From Vicugna vicugna (Eukaryota), in the NCBI GenBank assembly GCA_013265495.1, contig MU063892.1:7225308-7289307 (forward strand): 64,000 bases of DNA, given 5' to 3'. Made by a program: the position numbers and the translations under genes. Below, one piece after another: positions 36,376-49,149 of this stretch. The stretch's first letter is position 1; each line of letters opens with the position of its first letter. Below the pieces are notes generated by a model. The model saw nothing but the letters and a program-made list of their open reading frames with translations, ran no database searches and was not told the DNA's origin.

Positions 36376-37079
36376 TCCTGGTGATTTCGAAGCACATCAA
36401 AGTGCTTACAAATGAAGAGACAGAGTCAGTCCCAATTCCTCTGGGACTTAGTTCCAATTCCTGGGCACAAAGTTTAAGGCCCTTTTCTGGAAGGCCCCAG
36501 CTTCCCCTTCTAGCCCAGCCACCTTTCAGCAGAAGGTGTCTTCCCATGTGCCAATTGGCCTTATTTCCAGTGGCTGAGAAGCTAAGAAGGCTTCTGAGGC
36601 CACGCCCCAACTTGGTGGGGAAGTGTGCTGAAATCCACTAGTCATGTCTGCCATGAGTTTGGAGGCAGGAATGGCAGCATGAATGCCATGTGTCTACCAT
36701 CCCTGCACTTTAGAAATCCCCTGTTCTAACTAAACTGGCTTCTACAGACAGTTTTGTCCAGGTCATGTTCTTTCATAGAATGCCTACCTTATCCTCGCTG
36801 TTTGTTCTAAACCTGCTCAACCTTTGAGGCCAAGCTGAGGGGCATCTTTTGCCAGAAGCCTTCCCTGGTGGCCTTGGGCCTTAGGGTCTCTCCTCCCTGA
36901 ACTTGCAGGTCTCTGAGGGTCAGCTGCCCTCCGTGGTCACTGTCTACCCTGGCCCGCCTAGCCTCTCAGGAGTTGTCATGACAACACCTTGTACCGCGCC
37001 GGCTGTCAACACCACAACAGCATTCGCCTGACACTTGCACTAATGCCATCAGGCACCAGGTTCTTTGGGTTCACCCTCC

Positions 37080-37610
37080 ACCACCCTGGGATGTGAGTGC
37101 TATTAATCTCTGCTTTTCAGAGATGATACTAAGGCTCAGAAGAGCTGAGTGACTCACCCAAGGCCACACAGTAAGTAAGGGACAGAGCACAGACTCAAGC
37201 TGGCTAATGAGCTTCAAGGCCACAATGCAATGTTTTGACTATTAGGCCACCTTCCCGGCCCACTCAGAAAACACATTCCTCACAGGCTGAGATCAGCCTC
37301 ACACATTTCTGCAGCCCCTGCTGTGGCAGAGAGCACAGGGCCTGGCACACAGCAGGAAATCAATAAACACTTATTCATCTATTTATAAATATTTGCAAGA
37401 GGAAAATAGCATGGTGGTTAGGAGCTCCAGCCCTGGAGCCACATTCTAATTCTGGTTCAGACATTTATAAATTGTGCCACCCAGTGTGAGTGAGATACCC
37501 TCTCAGTGCCTCAGTTTCCTCATGTGTAGGGGCAACAATACTATTTACTTCATAGGGCTGTTGTGAGCCTTAACGAGTTCATGTCAATTGCTTAGCACAA
37601 TGTTGGCAGA
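37080..37610. mobile_element. MIR (-), L2 tail and MIR (+) fragments
   Basis: AAGGCTCAGAAGAGCTGAGTGACTCACCCAAGGCC and CTCAGTGCCTCAGTTTCCTCATGTGTA. Confidence 0.7.
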
Positions 37611-38004
37611 GGAAATATGTGTTGTCATGGTTGTCAGCTGACAGACTTCTAGTCCGGCTAGGCCTGGACTGAGTATCACTTGTAACTATTTCTCTGGCTA
37701 GTATGTTGGATCTTTTTTAGATCCAAATACACCTGCTCTATTTTCTGTGGGTTCCCCAAGTACAATGGAACTGCAAGAATATCTGGAGTCATAAAGTCAT
37801 GGGTTTAAGTCCAGGTTCTGTTCTTCTTGGTCCCTGCAGGCCTCAGTTTTATTCTCTGTCAAATGGGTAGAAGGCTCATTGGAAGGCTGAGAGAAGAGCA
37901 GAGGTGGGACAAAGTGAAGGTTCATTCCCTGCGGCTCCTGGACCCACCCTGCCTCCTCCCCACTAGTCAGGTGCCCACTCCCTCCCTGCCCTCAGCCTTC
38001 TTAC

Positions 38005-38973
38005 CTTCCTGTGTCCTGTGAAGAAGAGGGAAAGGTGGTGCATGGAGCCACCATTGCGGCCCAGTTCCTTCTTGAGGGTGCGGGGCGAAGGCATGGCCCA
38101 GGTAGACGCAGTGCCCTCTCCATCCGAGCAGTGCAAGGTGGTGTCGGAGGCGAAGCAGGGCCCGCGGGCCTCCTGCAGCAGGCTCCCCTCGCTGTGCGTC
38201 CGGCGCCGCAGCGAGTTCTGCACGTGCAGCGAGAGGCCGCCCTCCGCGCCCTGGCCCGTCTCGATCATGCTGCTGCGCTTGGCCTCACTGCGCTCTCCGT
38301 AGTTGTCGTCACTTGTGTCCTCATCCTCGTCCTCTTCGCCCTCATCCCCCTCCTCGGCTTCTTCTGCATCCTCCTCATCACCCGAGCTGCCCCCATCTGC
38401 CCCTGTCTTCTGGCTGTAGGCGCTGTCCAGCCGGACCTCGGGGATCACAAAGTTTGGCCTGGAGGCCACAGGCGGGTCCCCTGTGACTGCTGGTGGGTCC
38501 CCAGAGCTCGTGGTCTCCCCAGCAACGACCTCAGCTACCAGGGTGGCCTGGCTAGGGGGCAGATCTTGACAGGGCGGAAGGTCCTGGACAGGGGGGTCCT
38601 GGCTGGCAGGGAGGTCTTTGCTGAGTAGAGGGTCTTGGCTAGGAGGGGGTTCTTGCTTAGCAGGGAGGTCCTGGCATGGAGAAAGGACTGAGGCTGAAGG
38701 GGATTCCTGGCATGGTGGGGAGTCCTTGCTTGGTGAGGGATCCTGGCCCGGAGGGGGTTCCTTGCAGGAAGGTGAGTCTTTGCTAGGCAATGACTCTGGG
38801 CCAGCAGAAGGTTCCTGGTCAGAAGAGGAGTCCTCTTTGGGTGGAAGGTCTTGTCCTGGAGGAGGCTCCTGGTCAGGAGAGGGGTCCTTGCCAGGTGGGG
38901 CATCCTTGGCACCCAGCCCCTTCCCTTCCTCCAAGGGCATCTCCCTCTTCTCATTTGCCTCTGATTCAAACAT
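38005..38973 (-). CDS. RGS3: RGS3 large coding exon (969 nt): first coding exon of the long RGS3L isoform and internal exon of the PDZ/C2 isoforms
   Basis: Translates MFESEANEKREMPLEEGKG...RRRTHSEGSLL...GGSMHHLSLFFTGHRK, recognised as RGS3. Acceptor TTTATTTTGCAG|ATG at 38974, donor AAG|GTAAGA at 38004, phase 0/0. Contains the candidate 14-3-3 Ser codon (38191-38193, residue 261) and the internal Met of the RGS3T form (38043, residue 311). Confidence 0.97.
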
Positions 38974-41340
38974 CTGCAAAATAAAGAGATAGTGAGAAAG
39001 GTTGACAAGAGGAGGCTGCTGCATACAAACCAATGTCACAGAGACTGAAACAAAATCAAGCAGTGGCCCAAACCCCACACCCTGCACCCTATACCCCCTG
39101 CAAAGTGTGAAAACCGACGTGCCAGGGGGAAACCTGACAGTTCCTGTGGCTGAGCTGTATATGCGTTCCCACCTTATTTCCTTGCTTGAAACTTCTGTTT
39201 CATCAAAAATAGGGTTGGTCATTTAAGGGAGAAGAGGGAGAGGTTATCATTACCTGGCCCTATTGTATGCCAGCGACCATGGCAGATTAAACCCCTCTTA
39301 CGGGATCTTCTCAATGGCCCTCTAAGGGAAGTGCCATGGCCCCTCTGTGAGTAAGTCGTCTCTGTGAATAAATGAGGAGCCAGACAGCCTTTGCCTTCAT
39401 GGACCAGAACCAAACCAAGCCTCAAGCCAGATCTTTTTGAAACTAATAAACTGGAATAAAACCAGAACTTCAAAATATTGCCCACACCTGGACTAGACAG
39501 ATGTCACAAATACATGGAAACTCACAGAGGGATCACCCACACAGTGATTTTTAAACTGTGACTGGAGGAACACCAGGAGTTCCACACACAAAAAAGAAGG
39601 CACTTCCTGCCTCACATACGACTCTCCAAACCCTCAGAGTTTTTGCTGGGTTCCTACAGATTTCGTTTGCAAAGGGAAAAATAGTGCCCTAGTCTGAGCA
39701 GGTATTTCACAGGAAGACTGGGGCACAGAGAAAGTCAGGGGTGTCCCAGTGCCACAGCCACACAGGCAAGCAGGTCAGGTCTGGGCTAGGTTGGGCCCCT
39801 CGTCACAATCAAGGACTTGGAATGCTGGACCTAGAACTACTCAGAGTCCAGGTTTTGACCATGAAGAGGCCATACCTACCCAGAACTAATGAAAGAGAAA
39901 AATGCCACACATTCCTGGGGTCTGTACAGGTCTGTGGGAATGCATATGTGCGTGTAAATACACACACACACACGGAAAATTTCCGGGGTAAATACCTCAG
40001 AAAGTAGGTTAAGGGCTCTTACTGTAAAGACCACTTATGTCCATTTGGCAGATGAGAAAGCTGAGCCCAAAGAGCAGTGACTTCTCCACTCCACTCTGCA
40101 TAGCTGCCAGAGACTGAAAGGCTATGCCTGCAGCTGGGAACTCTTTTCAGCCCTGGGCCAGCGAGGCTTCCCATCTGGGAATAAGAGGCCCAGCTATAGC
40201 TTAGGGCAGCTGCAGGGTGACGCAGACACATGTCAGAGTGTCAGTGGTGTCTCGGAGCACCAGAGCGGATGTGAAAGCACAGTATGGGTCAGAGCTGCTG
40301 CCTAGGAGGAGGAAAGTGAAAGCCCCTCCCCACCCCACCCCCACCCCGGGAGAGAGGGGTGCTGAGTAGGCAGGAGAAGCCTCTGAGGACTCTAGGATGA
40401 TCTGGCCCTGGTCTGGTGCCCAGACAGCCAAAGACAGGTACCCAGGCACCCTGCGGACTTCCTGCCCTGGGAAGTCTGCCAGCAGGCACCCCTCAGACCT
40501 CATGGCCTCAGACCTGGGAACTTTAGCAAAGCCCAAATCTCCACTGCTCTGATGGGGAGGCGGAGGCCCAGAGACAAGCACAGGCCAGCCCAGAATCACA
40601 CAGCAGGGCCAGGTAGAGCCAATTACTAAACCCTCTGGGCCTCAGGGCCTCCACCCATTAAATGGGATAACTAATGTCCCCAAGCGACACAGCAGAAGAG
40701 TAGACTAGAGAAAGTACAAAGCTCCGAAATGGGATGATGACGCTGATGGTGGTCATGGTGATTAAAACAATGGTCACAAATCTCAAACAGTGGCTCATCT
40801 CTCCCCTGGAGCCCTAGAAGCAAACTGTCAAACTCCCAGAATCAAAGTTGGCAATTGTGATGCCAGGCGCCCCAATCCAGGAATCTTATCTGGAAACCTT
40901 AGTTTGTTCCCAGGGCGTCAGAGAGACCCTCCACTGAACTAACAGAAGGACAGAGGACCCAGCCTGGATAGTGACCTAGGGACTTGCCCAAAGGCACCCG
41001 CACACCCAGGGCTAAGTTGGGGTTCGAGTCGGCCTCCGCCTCCTTCTTCCCAAGCCTACTTCGATCTCAGTCCCCAGAGCAGCCTGGTCCCCTGCCCATC
41101 CCCCACTCCCCAGGGAGCCTTCTCCACTAAGAAAAACAAACTTCGGCAGCCAGCTCCCTGGTGCCCCACACTCTCCCTCCCCCTCGGCCAGACCTACCCC
41201 CCCAATATGGAAGAACTGCAATAATTGGTGCCCCAGGGGCCTGGCACTGGGCCCTGAGAGGGGAACAGGTCAAATTTCCTCCTTCCTGGGGGGGGGTGCC
41301 AGGCCTGTATCAGCAGTGACGGCAGCTGGAGCCCTCTCAC

Positions 41341-41460
41341 CCCTCGGGAAAGCACAGCGATAGACCCCAAACCAGAAATACAAGTCAGCCTGCCTCTGCC
41401 AATCCCGCCCTAAACCATGGCCAAACCAAACAAAGCCAGGAGAGGAAGTGCCTCTGTCCC
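41341..41460 (-). promoter_or_regulatory. Candidate second internal RGS3 promoter
   Basis: CCAAT (41399-41403) abuts GC box CCCGCCC (41404-41410), with ETS/PU.1 AGAGGAAGTG (41441-41450) and donor GGG|GTGAGA at 41340. Confidence 0.35.
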
Positions 41461-44429
41461 CCGAGGGCCACCCCCCCACCCCACCCCGAAGCCGAGAAAC
41501 CACCCAGGACTGAGTGCTCTCAGAGCGCCCAGCGGTTCCTGCTTAGATGCCTGAGTCCAACTTTGGTTTTGATCCCAGCGGTGTCACTTCCCAGCTGTGC
41601 AACAATATGGCCAGGCCTCCCAACTTCTCGGAGCCCCGTTTCCTTAGCTGGAACAGAGCTCTGATATCACAGGACTATGTCAGTGCTATTCACCGGGCCC
41701 CGGCCCCAGAGGAGCATTCGATAAAGTGGTGGTAGCTATCATTAGCCTAGTCTTATCTTAGAGATAGAGAAACTGGGGTCCCAGAGGCTAAAGGAATTAC
41801 CTAAGAAATCAGATGGAGGCTGATTCAGTATTAGAACTCATGTCTCCTGGCCAAGGGTGTCTCCCCACTTCCTTGAACCCTCACACTCTAGAGTTTGGGA
41901 CTTTGGGGTCTAGGGGGAGGGGAGCAGGCTGTGTGTACTGCCGGAGGCCCCTCACCTGGGCCCGTCCCACACAGGGCAGATGCTCGCAAACAAGGACCAG
42001 AGCTCTGTCCTGTGCTCCTGGACAGGGCTTGTGTGAGAGTCTGGCCTGTGTTCCTGGGGAGGCTGGGGTATGAAGTACCTTGTGGGGAGAGGGGGCCTCC
42101 AGAACCAGAAACCTCAGACATCTGGGTGGAGAGGGCGGCAAGTAAGAGCATTAGGACAGGAGGGGAGATAAAGATGTGAGCCGTGTTACAGAATGGATGC
42201 CGGGTGTGGGTCTGTCCTGTGGGCAAAGGAATGACACATGGCAGAGCCTCGCTACTACGTGAAACTACTCTGGGCAGTGTGGGCAGGAGTTGCGGTGGGG
42301 GAGGCCGGGGACATACACGCATGTGTACATCCACTCATTCATTCCCCAGGCACTGAGTTAGGCCCCGGGGGTGGCGGTGGGGACAGGCAGAGGACAAGTC
42401 ATACACAATTCCTGCCCTCAGTTGAGCAGAAGAACAGAGGCTGGACAACTGGTGTCAAGGAGTGTGGTGAGCGCTCTGATGGAGGAAGTGCAGGCTGGGG
42501 ACACCCAGTTAGGCAGCTGTTACAAGTTGGGGTGACAAGAATCCAGCCAAGGTGCCCCAGAGACCAGCCTGCTAGTCCGGGGCCTGGAGCGCTCAAGGCA
42601 GCTGCCTGCCTTCTGTGGAGCACGTATCTCTCTCATCTATCACTTCTTTGGCTTGGCTGGATCAGGGTTAATTCTACGCATGTCTCACCGGCTAGAAGCA
42701 CACAGGAAATGAACCAGGCCCTCTGAATGGAGCCGCTGTTTAGGACCTAATCAAATCCTCTCCCCAGTCCAATCCAGGGCTCAGAACAGGCTAGGGAAGG
42801 ATGGCAGGTGTGACACCCAGTGGCCTGCTCACACCGGCTGTGTTCCCTGGGCCCTAGACCCCCACCTGCTACTGGGATTGAGGGTGTTGGCAGCTGCTGA
42901 AAGTGACTTGCCCAATGTCACACAGCTACTAAACGAGCAGCCAGGTCGGCTGACCCCAGAGTCAACCTGCAGCTCTCACTCTGAGATGACTCATCACATC
43001 CACCGCAGATGCCGGGCTCTGCACAGGCCCTCAAAAACCACTTCCTGCACTGGGCTGAAGTGGGGTGAGGGGTTGTGAACTTGGGCTTGCCTCCATCTCA
43101 GGGTGGCCCTTAAGCAGGATTTTACAGAAACAGCCCTGGACATAAAGCCAGAAGACCTAGGCTGGAATCCTCACTCCTTCATTTGCGACGTGTGTGGTCT
43201 CAGACTATCACTTCCGGGGACCAAGTCTGAGAAAGGACAGGAAAGTTCTCTGTGAAATGGAAAGTTGGTGGAGAAAGGGAAAGGCTACTAGAATCCCCAC
43301 CCAGTGATTTGACCTCCAGGCTTGACTTTGGAGATGGGGTTGCTCCTTCAAGACTGGCATGCCTCTAAGTCCCTGGCTCAAGCTGGCTTCCAGGAACCCC
43401 AGCCCAGCCTCGGTCCAGCTCCTCGGGCCTGGCTTCTTGGCACCCAGGGACTGGAGCCACCCCCTGCCTCTGCCACTAGCTTGGGGCCCTCCAGGCTGTC
43501 CTCCCCTTCTCCTGCCTCCCCGCTCCCCCATGATAGGTTTGGCAGAGCCCAGGATTATGGAGGCAGCAGCTGGTGGCGAGAGCGCTGGATACTCATCCCC
43601 ACTTCACACTCTCTGGCTGGGTGACCTCAAGGGTAGCCAATCTGGGCGTCAGTTTCCTTAGCCTTAAAAGAGGATTAATAATAGCTCCTGGCAGTGATGG
43701 AGGAGGAGTGACTGAGCTGATTACATCCAGAGCTCGGCACTGTGCTGTACACAAGCACTCCATCAACAGCAGCCACGACCACTGCAGCACGGCCTGGCTT
43801 TGACATTTCCCTCCTGTCGAGCCGATGGCGCCCTTTACCCTGTCGTGGGCCACTCAGCCTGTGGCCTGCTGATCAGAATCTGTTCAGGCCACCTCCCTCT
43901 TCTCAGCCCCACTTGCTCCCTCATGCACCCATCCAGTCTCCAGACAACGATCACCACCTGCACCATCTAGCTGGGACCAACACCCAGTCCACACTGCAAG
44001 CCCAGACCTGTCCTTTCTCAGAATGCTCCAGGCTCGGTGGATACAACAGGGAATAAGAAAGACGTGACCCCCATCCTCGTGGAGCTCACGGATGTAGGGG
44101 AAGGACTGACATGAACCAAGCCATCACTCACAGAAACAGTTTGGAAAAAACTGTGATTCACAGTGTGAAGGAAAACTATAAGGTCTTGTGAGAGAATAGA
44201 CGGACGTGTGGGAAAGGCCACCCTGTGGAAGGACACTGAGACTGAATCTGCTTAGCAGGCAGGGGTCGGCTAACACAGGAGCGCACAGCATAGGCAAAGC
44301 CCCAAGCCAGGAAGGCGGGCACAATGGGGGGCAGAGAGGACACCCGTGTGGCTGGAGCCCAGGCACCGAGGTGGAGCCCTCCTTCCCAGTATCCCACCAG
44401 TGCCCCCAACTCAATGTGCCCCCAGACTA

Positions 44430-45045
44430 AAAGGCCATGACCTTCCCCTGAGCTACTCCTCCTCTCAGAGTCTCTGTATCAATGATGTCACCACCAGCTG
44501 CCCAAACCAGAGACCTGGGTATCATTCTCTCTTCACTACCACCCCCATGGCCAATCACCAAATCCTCCTGAATGTCTTGTAAAATCTTAAGAATCTTTCC
44601 ACTGGGGGAGTCTATGTGTGTGCAGGGACAGTAAATATTGGAAACTCTCTGTACTTTCCTCTCAATTCCTAAAACTACTCTGAAAAATAAAGTTGATTAA
44701 AAATAAAAAAAAAAAGAATCTTTGCAGTTTCTCCATCTCCACTTACCACCACCTGCCTCCAGACCCAGTCATCTCCCATTCGGATTGATGCTGACCTCCC
44801 AGCAGTAGCCCAGACCCCTTGGGTCATTCTCTGGGCCACGCCAGAGGAGTCCTCTCAATGCAGGTCTGACCCTGTCACTCCTCTGCTTAAAACCTTTGAT
44901 GTGGCGCCCCATTGCCCTCCAGATAAAGCCCAAATTCTGTAGCTCTGTAAGACTCTGGGTTTTGTCTCTCCCCTTAGCCTCACCTCTCACCACTCCCCAT
45001 CTGAAGTGTTGATGATGAATGAATGAATGAATGAATGGGCAATCC
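44430..45045 (+). mobile_element. L2 fragment(s)
   Basis: GTCACTCCTCTGCTTAAAACCTTTG...CCAGATAAAGCCCAAA, with a (TGAA)n tail. Confidence 0.65.
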
Positions 45046-45064
45046 AATGAATGTCACAGACCAT

Positions 45065-45415
45065 CCAGACTCTTATTCAAAGTGTGGCTCATGAACCAGA
45101 AGCAGCAGCAGCAATACCTGGGAGCTCGTATGAAGTACAGAATCTCAGGCCTCAATCCACACATACTGTGGATCAGAATCCACATTTTACCAACATCTCA
45201 GGTGATTAATTTGCATATTAAAGTTTGCAAAGTACTGATCCAGACTATCAGTTTCCAACAGAGAGATATACTTTAGAATCACCTGCGGAACATTTAAAAA
45301 ATATCCGTACCTGGGCCCAATTCCAGACCTGCTGGTAAAGAGTCCCCAAGAGTAGGGCCCAGGCATTTTGACTTTTATTTGACTTCCCAAGAAAATTCTG
45401 GGGAGTAGCCTCAGT
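45065..45415. mobile_element. MER5A/5B-like fragments
   Basis: TTCAAAGTGTGG...CAGGTGATT...TTAAAGTTTG, then TTAGAATCACCTGCGGAAC. Confidence 0.6.
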
Positions 45416-48400
45416 TAACAGACAAGGTGACTGCAGCCCAGAGAAGGGAGGCAATATGCCCAAGATCACACAACCGAATCAGGACTAGAATCCAGACCAG
45501 AACTTAGTGTGGGACCAGTTCTAACACACGGCGCTCCCTCTGTAACAGAGCCCATGCAGAAGTAGGCAGGAGCTCAGCAGCCCCGGCCCAAGATGGACCC
45601 TATAAATCCATATATAGGTTCATCCTCCCTGTAAACAGAGGCCCAACTACAGGAGGAGAAAGAGGAAGGGTGGGGAATTTGACTGCAGACTGAAAATTTT
45701 CTATCCCTAAAGGATCCCACAACAACTCATAGATCTGTCTAGGAAGACAACACACCGCAGCGGGGAGCATACCCATTGTACTGAAAGCAATACTGAGGCA
45801 CAAAGGAGAAGTAGCTCACCCCATCCAGAGCCTCTCAGGACAAAGCCAACATGCAGGGAAGAACCCAGGAGTGACAAGAGAGGAGACCCCTCTTAGAAAC
45901 CTCCCCTACTCTTGGTACCATCACCTGGCTAAGCCAGAAGAACATGCCCTCAGACCTGGCCTTTGGAGCCTGCTGGGATGCCCCACCACCCTCCTGGATG
46001 CCCAGCTTCTCACTGGTCAGGGAAGCAGCTCCCAAGGTCTGGGTTTCTGGTACTGAGCCCCCCATCACCACCTCGCCAAGCCCTTCTCCTCTCAGGTGTC
46101 AGACACCAGTGCATCCATGTGCATGGGGGACTGGGCTCACAGTCTCTGCCCCAGTCCCACAGCCTACACCTCCAGCCTTCTCATGTGAAAGTCAGGCGAG
46201 TTGAGAGCAGAAGTTTCCCAGTCTCTTCCTGTCCCTGTGGTGACTGATGCCTCCGTCAGAAGGTGAGTGCGGCCCCATGGGCCTCTCCTGCCCCACCCCA
46301 GGCTCTCTGCTCAGCAACCAGTTCACCTGTGAACTCCACCACCACTCCCTTCCCACCTGACACCCTCTTTCTCTCCATGATCCATGTGTGCACATGCGCT
46401 GTCTCATTTCCCTATTATCTCGACCTCCTCAAGTTTACTTCCTGCCCATCCCTTGGAGCCCAGTTAAATGCTCCCTGGGACGCCTTGGCTAGAGGGCTCC
46501 CTGCACTCCTGCCAATGCCCGGCCTGTCCTGCTCTCTTGGCCCTGGGCAGGCCCTGCTTTGGCCCATCAGGACTGTGTCCCTGGCTTACTCATCGCACCC
46601 CCACCCCCACCCCCAGGGTTACTCAGCAAACACCTACAGAGCCCCAGCCATGTGCCAGGGCCTGTGCGGGGCACCAGAGCCAAACAGTGACAAGACAAGG
46701 TTCCTCTCCCTGGAGGCGCTGGGTCTGTGAGTGAGAGAACTGGGTAAGGGGCTCATGTCAACCTCCCACCCACCCATAACCAGCCCAGGGGCCCATGGAA
46801 GCACAGAGGCAGCAGGAAAGACTGGGATGGCTCATGGAGGAGGTGGGAAAATGGATGGGAGAAGGTTTCCAGGCCAAAGCCAGAGACAGCACGGATTATC
46901 TGAGGAAGGGCAGCTGGTTTCGTGGAGCAGAAGCATGGCTATGTTAAGGAATTCGGACTTTAGCCTGAAAGTAGTGTTTACTTGGTGCTGTAGAGATAGG
47001 GAAGGTGAAGCTAGAGACGGTGGCAACAGAAAGCAATGAAAAAGATGGGTGGAGGGGGAAGCGAGAAACCGTGAACTGGACCCTGGTGCTGTGTTGCTTT
47101 ACATATACTCTCTCCCACGTCCGGCAACCCCATGAGGTCAGTTTCATTGGCCCCATTTTGCAAAGAAAGAAACTGGGACTCAGAGAAGTTAAGTAACTTA
47201 TACAAGATCCAAAACTGAGTAAGTAGAGGAGTCAGCCTGGAAACCATGGTCTGCCTGGCTCAAAAGCCCTGCTCTTTCTACTGCCCCATGGTCTTCTTTC
47301 CTGCCCCCATCACTGCCTTTCTTCCTTCCCAATCTGTCTTCAGAAGACCTTACCAAGCTCCCACCTGGGCCAGGCACTGTTCTGGGCAGCGGTGAGCAAT
47401 ACCACATGCAGGGTCCCTGCTCTTACCCCAAGTTAGTGGAGACTGAGGGCAGGTATCCGACCCGCCTGGTTGGCAGAGGGGCACTGGTACAGAACTACAT
47501 ACACCTGGTGACCCCCCCCAACCGCCCCTTCCAGGGACGGGGAGAGTCAAAGCGTGCGGCTTCTCTGTGACGTTCTACGCTAGATCACACAAAAGAGCTC
47601 TGCCAAGCTAGGACCCCGGGGAAGGGCACAAAGAGCACTGTGGTCATGAGACCAGGATCTGGAATCAGCTCGCCTGGGTTGGATCCCACTTCCTAACCGT
47701 GTGGCTGCGTCAGTGACGCCTCCCTCGCAGGGCTGCTACAGGGCAGAAGGCAGGACCTGGGGCCCACGGCCGTACCCTCCTCTTGACTGCTCGGCTTTCC
47801 CTCACAGCGGGCACTGGAGAGCAAGACCCAAATCCCAGGCTTCATGCCAAGCAACAGCTTGTTGAACGGAGAGCACTTTCAGAGCCAGGGGTGGTGGAGG
47901 GAAGCCTACTGCTGGTGAAGAACTAGGGTCTGAAGACAGACAAATCCACGTTCAAAGCCTGGCCCTGCCACCTCCTAGCCCGGTGCCCATGGACAGGCTG
48001 CTAAACCTCTTCAAGGCTCAATTTTCTTATCTGTAAAACTGTGACAGAAGTAGCAAGTCCTTACACCATGGCATTGTGGAGAGACCCCCCTAGATGGAGG
48101 GGCCCGGCACACAGTAGGTACTCAAGAAACTTTTGCAGTTCCTGTTATCATACTTCTTTCTCCTGGGACCATCACCTCCTCCCCAGCATTCCATACCAGG
48201 AGACAGCACATGACATTCTGACCACAGCCCTAAGATGGGGACACTATTGTCTGTACATTTCAGGGGAGGAAACTGAGGCCCCCACCAAAGTAGAGGCTCA
48301 GGGAGTAGCCGAGCCTGCGCTCAGCTTTTCCTACGCTGGGCCAGCGTAGCTCGCTGTGTGGCCCTGGGCCAAGTGACTCCCCTCTCTAGGCCACACTCTC

Positions 48401-49149
48401 CCAGAGGGGGTCTGCCCAGCTCTGAATCTCAGCCAGCCTGCGAGGGCCTGTTCTCAGGGCTCAAGGTGTGGCCATGATCCTTGTGGATGCATCAAGGGCA
48501 GGAGAAGCAGCAAGCACCCCCTTTCCAGAGATCCATCCCCAGATTTGTCCATCTGCTCTAGTTCCTAAAATATTTCTCCTTCAGGCTCTGCAGTGCTGGG
48601 GGCACTGGGTGGGGGCTGGGGGTGGGGGTTGGGGGTGGCTTTTCCACGCGAGGACACCAGAATGTACACCTGGCTGTCGGACTCAGCCACAAACCTGCAG
48701 CCAGAGGTTGCCCTCCAAGGCCCCAGGCACACTGCTTCTTCCACCACTGCCTTCCTGAAGCAGACACGCTCTGTCTCTGTGGAGGGGTGATGTCAAGGCT
48801 GGGTCTGGGTTTACAGCCTGCTCCTCATCCTCCTGTCATGGGACAGTCTCTCATCTCCCTCACACAAACCTGACTATATTCTCTTCCTGCTTAAAACCCC
48901 TCCATCCCTCTGGGATATTCCCAGCTCCTTGCCCTCTGAGTTCTGTCCCTGCCAACCAACCTCTCCACCATACCATCTCTCCTCTCTTCCCTCCAGCTGG
49001 GCTGAACTAGTTCCCCAAACACACTCTCCTCTCAGGCACCTCTAACCCTGTGCTCACTGTACTTCCTCCCTAGAACACTCCCCCCTCCTCTGTCCACCTG
49101 GCGAACTCCTACTCATCTTTCAAAATTCAGCTCACCCACGCAGGTACTG

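Noticed and set aside
38554-38910. 18-bp periodic repeats as a CRISPR-like array
   Set aside because: They are degenerate coding repeats without unique spacers, and there are no cas genes or prokaryotic sequence in the window.
38011-38992. Plus-strand ORFs antisense to the large exon
   Set aside because: Expected shadows of a GC-rich coding exon, with no independent support.
38974-39222. 83-codon N-terminal extension in the 419-aa ORF 37963..39222
   Set aside because: A canonical acceptor sits directly before the MFES ATG, and the extension looks like intron read-through with no recognisable RGS3 similarity.
45599-45620. TATAAAT and CArG-like CCATATATAGG as an antisense promoter
   Set aside because: The spacing is wrong for a CArG box (7 W), and there is no CpG enrichment or downstream exon evidence.
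47707-47719. Palindrome GCGTCA-G-TGACGC (two half-CREs)
   Set aside because: It is short, lies within a decayed MIR-like stretch, and is compatible with chance.
48331-48349. Perfect inverted repeat CTACGCTGG-G-CCAGCGTAG
   Set aside because: About one 9-bp inverted repeat with a short spacer is expected by chance in 64 kb.
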